A DNA stretch of 64,000 nt, from positions 122,512,001-122,576,000 of the forward strand of contig OX597816.1 of the NCBI GenBank assembly GCA_951406725.2, given 5' to 3'. Shown here piece by piece: positions 55,720 through 64,000 of the stretch. The position numbers were made by a program, and so were the translations under genes. Below the pieces are notes generated by a model. The model did no database searches. It saw only the letters and a list, made by a program, of their open reading frames with translations, and was not told the DNA's origin. Each line of letters opens with the position of its first letter. The stretch's first letter is position 1. The stretch is from Octopus vulgaris (lineage: Eukaryota).

Positions 55720-55977
55720 CGTATGTATGTATGTAAGCGAATATTTTAAATATCTTCTCTTATCCATTTTTAATAAAATTCTTGAGTTATGGGATTTCTC
55801 TCCATAAATTCACAACATACCATATACAAGTATTATTTTCATATTCGCAAATTTACGCCAGTAAGCTACCAGCAAAATATGAAGAATCAATATTAGAAAT
55901 CTTCTTTGGAAACCTCTAAATTAAAGGAAGAATTTAATTGAAACTTTTTACTCATATATGACTATGTATACGAATAT

Positions 55978-56008
<31 letters not shown>

Positions 56009-57084
56009 CATGCATACATACCTACATACACACAGACACACACACAAACACACACACACATATATATATATATGTGTGTATGTATGTATGTATGTATGTA
56101 TGTATGTATGTATGTATGTATCTATGTATGTATGTATGTATATACGTGTGTATGAGTGTCCATGTGCGTGCGTAAAATGTAGTTAATGGATAAAATAAAG
56201 TTTTATACTGAATTCATATAAATAACAAACAGCAATTTAATATCAAAGATGGGCAAAAAAAAAAGGAAAATTTCATTGGTAAATAATAATGCAAATATTG
56301 GTCTTCAACTCTCAAACTTAGAGCTGAATACGTACGAAAGCATTTGCAAGAGAGTCAATGACATAATAAAAGGAGGCAACCATTGTTTTCGTTCATTAAA
56401 AAGTAAGGTTCACTTCAATTAGCCTTGGACTTATGTTGGATCAAACTGGTATTGCTGGAAGCCGTTTTTCCCAGTTCTTCTCCCCTTACCCTCCCTTGTG
56501 GATAAAAGATTATAAACCCTAGCTATTAAGTTTATTTTCATTGAGTTATCTCCTTGCAGGTAATTTAAAATTTCTGATAATAAGCAGTAGTCGTTATTCC
56601 CACGCGTGTTAAGTCATACTTCATTACTTTTGCATATTTCAAATGCTAGCCACGATTATTAGGAAACAATTCCTATTTTTAATTTGCATGATCACTGAGG
56701 TAGAAATTTTAAAACATTTTTGATTGGTTGTCCGACAAAAATCGATAGAAAAAATACAAACCGACGAAGCAGCTACCACCAACACTTGACATAACTATTA
56801 GTGACAATGAACGTAAACAAATATAAGAGAATATGAAATGGGAAAAAAAAATTCAACGTCTGTCAGCATAGACAGTGTTTCTCCTTGCTTTAAACACGAT
56901 CGGTAAAAATATACAAACAAAAATGTTTCAAGTGTTTCTTCAGCATGGGCATAACTATGATAGCTAAAGGAAAAGAAGAAAATGACCGCACGCCTAAACA
57001 AGAAACTCTGAATAGAGGTAGAGCATATTTCGAATAATTAGCATATTCTGAATAATTAGTATATTCCGAATAAACGATCACTTC

Positions 57085-57292
57085 TGGATTTGGAACAGAA
57101 CCAGTAGCTTTTAAGAAGATGGTGTGACGATACCATCGACACCAGTACTTGACTTCTATTTCTTTTTATCGACCTAGAAGGATTAAAGGCAAAGTTAAAC
57201 CTGATGGGATTTGAACTCAGAATGCAGAGTACAGGAACCAGAACAAATATTGCAAATCACTTTTCCGAAGATTTATCGATTCAACCAGCTCG
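57085..57292 (-). mobile_element. Decayed SINE family A copy
   Basis: tttatcgacc..aaaggcaaagt..ggatttgaactcagaa. Confidence 0.65.
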
Positions 57293-58182
57293 AATAAACA
57301 ATTTCTTCCATATATACTCAATGCACCTTTTCTTCTCTGTATTTCAACTATACATACATGCATAATTGCATAATACATACATACATGCCAAATATAAAAA
57401 TACGTAACACCTTGCTATTGACGAAAATGTATAAAGCCGTTGTGAAATATATAGTGTCAAAAGAATAGCTTGCCATACTTTAGAAAACCGACAACCGGAG
57501 CTCTCCAACCACGAGATAATATCCTAAAATTCATATGAAATAGTATGGTTATGATCACCATGTGCCTACTTGACTGGTGTGCAGAGAAAACCCACGCTAT
57601 ATATTAAAAGTTATATAATCTTGACAGTAGTTGGGAACTTCTACAGAAACTAATACTAGTTATTTCCATTACAGAAGAAATGGGAGAGCAAAAGATTTAA
57701 GATCAGTCCATACAACCTTTGAGTTTCGTATTGTATTAGACAGTATCAGAGTAGAATACAATGGATTGTATTCTTAAAGAAGTACTAAAGAAAAAATGTA
57801 GCGTTTACCAAAAGACATTTTAGGTCTTGTCTGGTAAACGACTTTAGTCGTATTAAGGCTTATTAAAAATTTAGCTAAGCTGGAAATCGGCAACATTAGT
57901 AAAAGGAAATTGACAAACGATCACGCTGTTCGAGTTGGTGTCAGTATGGAGTTTGGTATCGCACAGACAAATCGCTATATGTGTATTTTCCAACGATGAA
58001 GTATGAAATGAAACACAGATAAGAACTACAGGCAGCAGGCAAATATCATTGGTAACAGAGCCTTGTGTATATGTCTCCTTATAATATATATATATATATA
58101 TATATATCTGTGTGTGTGTGTGTGTACATGTATATGTGTCCTTCTTAGAATCCGTTATATTGTATCTGGAATACTGCATTTA

Positions 58183-58420
58183 CGAGGTGCGTTCAAAAGT
58201 ATCCGACTTCAATTTTGCTCGGCAAAACTAATGCTGCATGTGTAAGATCCTTTGGGTGAAAGATGACGCAACTCTACATGCGCATATGTAAAAGTTTTTC
58301 GCCGACTCAGTTCCCGGGTGTTTCGCCTAGAGCATAAACGTATAACTTGCGCTCGTAGGATTTTCGTTTTCACCGAACGCATAGAAAAGAGGCCATAACC
58401 CCATGTCTCATTCACCAGTG
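58183..58420. mobile_element. Possible mariner terminal fragment
   Basis: TA|CGAGGTGCGTTCAAAAGTATCCGAC resembles a mariner TIR; no partner TIR found. Confidence 0.4.
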
Positions 58421-58695
58421 ATGACGGTCTTCATGATGTGTGGTAGGAGTAGAGTCGTTGTACGAGTTATCAGTTAGAGCGAGTGTCAGTCACGTGATAT
58501 ATACGCGATTGAATTACCGTCAAGGAAGATGTTTCAAACATTGTCGTGCGGAGCTACCGGCGACAGCACGATAGACGAATCAAAGATAATAAGACGCGGA
58601 ATACTGCCACAGCATAATAGTGGTGACGAGAATATTACAGTGCCGACAGTAAAATACAAGTTGACTGGATCCACATTATAACACACACACACACA

Positions 58696-58772
<77 letters not shown>

Positions 58773-58784
<12 letters not shown>

Positions 58785-58985
58785 TTAGAGACAAAACCAC
58801 TATTTTGCAAATCAAACAAAGAAAGACTTAATCCAATACATAAAAAAACTTAATATAAATTAAATAAAATAAAATTAAATAAAATTTAATTTTATTTAAT
58901 TTATATTAAATTTTTTTATGTATTGGATTAAGTTTTGTTTGTTTGATTTGCAAAATTGTGGTTTTGTCTCTAATTAATATTATAT
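58773..58985. repeat. ~210-bp AT-rich palindrome between (TA)n tracts
   Basis: aattagagacaaaaccactattttgcaaatcaaacaaa.. / ..tttgtttgatttgcaaaattgtggttttgtctctaatt; arm also at 34742-34808. Confidence 0.9.
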
Positions 58986-59063
58986 AATATTTTACTATAA
59001 AATTGGATTCAATCCTAAATCTGATTTTTCCCTGTAAATTTGGATTTATTCCCTAATATTTAT

Positions 59064-59139
<76 letters not shown>

Positions 59140-60231
59140 TTGCATGCATGTATGTATTTGTGGGCATGTATGTATATATTATAGTGCTTACCTGTGTGGA
59201 GTGGTACCATCGACTTCGTACTTACATAAACATGTCGGAGAGGCATATATATCACAACGACACTTCTCTTTCTCACAAATCTTTAATCCCGAACAACTGA
59301 ATACTATTTATGCATGAAATGCTTTTTCATCGATGTGTGGAAGAATGGAAAAACCAAAATGGTTGTTTTGATTGTATGTTATTCCTAATAGCAACAACAA
59401 CATACTGGAAATAACTCAAGTACATTCAATCAAAATTCGAACCAGCCATCTCGATTTGGAACTTGAGTAAGTTTTTTTTTTTTAATTTATAACTAATAAC
59501 TTAACATCCGTGCTTTTGGCAAGGTATCAGACCGGATAAATGACGTCTAGATTCCGTAATTGCTACATCTAAACGCATTCAAGAATATGTTGAGCTTTGT
59601 CAATATATTTATTTTACATTTGTAAGGCAAGCGGATAAACGTGATACGTCTCATTTTATTCTATTTATGGTGGGTCTTATTTGTTTCTATCTTTCTTACT
59701 GTAGTCTATTTTAGCAACGAAGGATTTACCTTAATTAAGAAACTAACATGTTTTCAATCCCCTCAGTTTGCCTATTCATTATTCCAAACCCAGCACACTA
59801 CGAGCCACTTCTTCGGAACAGAGAAAATCTGCATAATGGAAAAGAAATTTTGACGTTCTGTCTTTCTTTAACCTACTACAAAATGCTTTGCTTCAAAGCA
59901 GAGATGATCAATACCCCCGTAAAAAAAGCAAATAAATTAATGAAGAGTTTAAATGTGTCAAGTGAATGCACGTTGCAGCAACAAAATGCCAAGCTTTAGT
60001 AGTTGTTAATTGTTGCAACATTTGTATGCGTGCATTAAATTGTATTATTTGTGTTTAATATCTACGCCAGTATTAAGGGAGCGATCAGACAGAATCTTTA
60101 GTTCACCGGGCAATATACTTAGCAGAATTTCGTCCATCATTACAGAAAATTTTGAAGCAATTTTAAAATCTCAGAATATGTGATAGTAACAGGGAAGACC
60201 ATAGAAAAGTAGAGACAGACAGTTATAGGGC

Positions 60232-60283
<52 letters not shown>

Positions 60284-61025
60284 TACACACATTTGCAAAC
60301 GTAGACACACGTAATCCTGAGTTGAAAATGGTGTATAGTAGACAAATATTTGTATGTTTATGAGTATGTATGTTTGCGTGCATATATATATATATATGTA
60401 CGTATGGGTGTAGAAAAACCACCTACCCCGTCTCCCCTTAAAGCTACATATTCCTCACACCCACCTTACACTCCCTTCGTCAGCGTTTTAAAAGTTGTGT
60501 GTGTATGCATGCATGTATCTATGAAACGCAAAGTCCTCTCCCTGGCGGATTTTATGTTTATTTTATATAACAATTCCTTTTGCATTTTTGTAGAAGTGTG
60601 CACATATGCCATAAATAAATGCTGCTACTGGACTTCAGGTTTATCCCGGAAGTTCTGTTTCTGTTAGATGCAGTAAATAATCTATAAAACCTTAAAACTG
60701 AATTTGTAAACCAGAACTATGGTGACACGAACGAATTGAAATATTTGGCTGAATCATCATAAAATTAACTTTCATTTCAATGCAATGTTGAAATCAACCT
60801 CAATGCTTTATAGCCTGAACCGCCAGTGACCCAACAGGTCATGGGTAGTCTAGTAGTATATAAATGTGTGCGTGCGTTTCTATGTATATGTATATTAAGA
60901 TATTTATTTCACAACCATTTGACTCTGGGTTCCATCCCATTAAGAGATGCACTAGGATAAGTGTTTTCTACAGAAGTCATTAGTTAGCCACTTATATAGA
61001 AATATCATACAGCCAAACACACTAA

Positions 61026-61111
61026 CATACATACATACATACATACATACATACATACATACATACATACATACATACATACATACATACATACATACAT
61101 ACATACATACA
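61026..61111. repeat. (ACAT)n microsatellite
   Basis: Direct inspection. Confidence 0.96.
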
Positions 61112-61380
61112 TGTTCAATAACACTCGAGAACTACCAAACAGTTTCATTCAAATTTTACATTTAACTTACTTAGAGTCCATGCATTGTCGTGAGCAAAAG
61201 TTTTAACTTCTTGCCTAATGCAAGCCCAGAGAAATCTCTAATCGCTTACACTATTTCGGTATTACGTGTTGAAAACTGAAATAAGTTCTCTATTGTAAAG
61301 TGAGATAATACTTTCAGTTTAATACTTTCACTATTATATATTTTGACTATCAATACTGGAACTATTATCTCACATATATC

Positions 61381-61905
61381 CATACACACACACACACACA
61401 CATATATATATATTATGTATTTATATATATCTATATATATATATGTTTATATTTATATATACATGTCTATATGTGTACATGTATAGATATCTATGTATAC
61501 ATGCATATGTATAGATATATGTGTATGTATATAGGTGTATATATATATGTGTATACATATAGATGTATATGTATATATATGTGTGTGTGTGTATATATGT
61601 ATGTATATATATATTGATGTTCATATATATGTATGCATGTATATATATATGTGTATATATATATATAGATATATATATATATATAGATAGATAGATAGAT
61701 TGATAGATAGATAGATGAACATTTGTAGATGTATATATATAGATGTCTATGTATATGTATATATATATGGATATATGTATATATATATATATGTATGTAC
61801 ATGTATGCATAAATATACGTATGCATGTATATGTGTCTGTATATGCGTACATATATATGGATGTATATAAATATGTCTTTATATATGTGTACATATATAT
61901 GTATG

Positions 61906-61946
<41 letters not shown>

Positions 61947-61957
61947 CTGTGTGTGTA
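61381..61957. repeat. Degenerate TA/TG/GATA low-complexity tract
   Basis: Direct inspection. Confidence 0.92.
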
Positions 61958-62932
61958 CAGCTACACACACTATGTTTTGAAGTGGAAAAAGTCCCACCAA
62001 AATCTGATGCGATGATACAAGTATTATCGCAGCTGTCTGGCGAGTGGTCACGTGAAACTGAAGACCAGTTTCAAAAGAATCGGGGGGGGGGGTAATAAAT
62101 AGTATATTACTCTACCTTTGTTATTCGAGTGCTATTTTTTCACCTTTATTTTGCATGTATGTTCCTACGTATATATAGAGAGATAAATAGATATGTACAT
62201 GTAACAAACATAATCGGATAAGTGAATACCAGCGGGAGCTTAAAGACGAGGAAAGCTCGTCAGTTCTCTACCGACATGCTCGATTTAAACATGGAGGCTG
62301 GTTTGATGACATAGGTGTTACGATTTTATCGACAGATAGAACAAACACTACAAATTACGTAGGCTACACACATAACAGAAGGTAGACCATTCCTCAACAG
62401 AAAACGTGAATGAAGTAATAAATCTACCACTCCAGCACATTACACAACCTGATGACTAAAGACAGAATAAGTAAGCAAAATAAATAAGCAAATAAAAGAT
62501 CCGGGTGTAAACAGTATAGTATACATAATCAATATACACACATTACATATACAAAAGACTGAACGAGAAAAAGAAACCAAATAAATAAATGAATAATAGA
62601 TAGCGTAATGTAAAAACCCATATGCACATACACAAAACACACACGCACCTTCTGAACACATAGCCACACACACGCACAAACACAGATAGGGATACATACC
62701 ACAGAATGACAAAATGGAATAGACAAGACAAGAGAAGACACAAAGGACAGAAAATCGTTGAAGATGTCACAGAATGCATGATGAAAGAACTCTTACAAAT
62801 AAATTTAAACAAGAGTAATATTGATAGGGCTAAAGTGAAGACGAAATATAAATTGCATGTGTTTGATTGGCAAAAGATGACCATACACAAATATAACTAT
62901 ATAATATGTACATACATACATACATACATACA

Positions 62933-62968
<36 letters not shown>

Positions 62969-63271
62969 TATATATAAATGCCGAACGAGTGTTGAACATG
63001 GCATTGGTGAATATACTTTATTTGTGAATTAAGGCTACTATTGGTTTCATGTAAAAAGAATGTAGGAAAATATCCTAGTTTCTTAACAATTTTTCAATTT
63101 GGAGATTACTTGGAAAGCTGGAAAGAAGAAAACAGTCTCGCTGGCATTGTTTGCATGTTTATCTCCCTTAAATTTATTTCTTGCATTTGTTCTGGACATG
63201 GTGTACACACACACAAAAATGTATATATATATATATATATATATACGTATGTGTACACACACACTCATAAA

Positions 63272-63857
63272 ATTATTAAAATTATAATTAAGAGTACCGA
63301 AGAAATATCACCATGACAAAAATTGCAGTCAAATCCTGACTCTAAAACAACATAAAGTATTCATACAACATATGTGAAAACATACATGAAAAAATTAAAT
63401 TAACCAAAACATTTAATGGATGATCCTAGATCGACGATTTCTGTTTATATATTTACATACTCTACCTCCTCATTCAGATATACCAAAATTAGTACATAAT
63501 TACATATATATACATACAACATGCGAATAATTTACCTATACGCATGTATACATACATACATATATATGTACGTATATACTAATCAATTCACTTGTCCATC
63601 CTACACCATATGCTATAAGGTCAAAAATATTACCGCAGTGAATATGACGAAGTCATATAAAAAGGATAAGACCATTATCTAAAATATGCAGTGGCCAGCA
63701 TAGAAAAAACTTATAGGTAATAATTATTATTAAAATTATAATTCAGGATAACGAAGAGATACCAGCATACCAAAAATAGCAGTCAAAACCTGATTCTAAA
63801 ATCATATCAAGTATTCATATAGCACAGGTCAAAAGATAAATGAACAAATAAATTAAC
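63272..63857. repeat. Diverged ~130-bp direct repeats 454 bp apart
   Basis: 63272-63404 aligns with 63726-63857. Confidence 0.8.
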
Positions 63858-63899
63858 AATACATACATACATACATACATACATACATACATACATACA

Positions 63900-63935
<36 letters not shown>

Positions 63936-64000
63936 TATATGAAGGTTACAAACTTCATTAAAGGATTGCAAAATCCTATGAAATTACTTGTTAGTTACCT

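Noticed and set aside
57021-57072. 18-bp tandem x3 (similar short duplications at 24029-24085 and 37447-37504)
   Set aside because: Ordinary slippage duplications
58439-58683. Possible short solo LTR (TGT...ACA)
   Set aside because: No TSD and the end merges into (CA)n; insufficient support

Overview
AT-rich, repeat-dense eukaryotic (animal) DNA with no recognisable host gene exon. Nearly all ORFs in the track are microsatellite artefacts or decayed transposon fragments. The tRNA-derived SINE families and the microsatellite load resemble an octopus/cephalopod genome (recognition from memory, not a database match). Contents: five Tc1/mariner relics (one nested in another) plus a short end fragment, Chapaev-like transposase relics, the 5' half of a Tx1/L1-type LINE, six R4/Dong-type fragments (five abutting (TAA)n tracts), a probable solo LTR with a 4-bp TSD, three SINE families and many microsatellites. 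The most interesting signal is a set of non-coding, probably Penelope-like-element (PLE)-derived repeats carrying minimal hammerhead-ribozyme (HHR) motifs. One looks intact and has a compensatory U3:A8 core pair (363-406). In three fold-back structures (12827-13065, 15192-15735, 41237-41398) the inversion axis or arm boundary falls at the HHR CUGANGA box. All calls come from reading the sequence by eye; boundaries of decayed elements are approximate.
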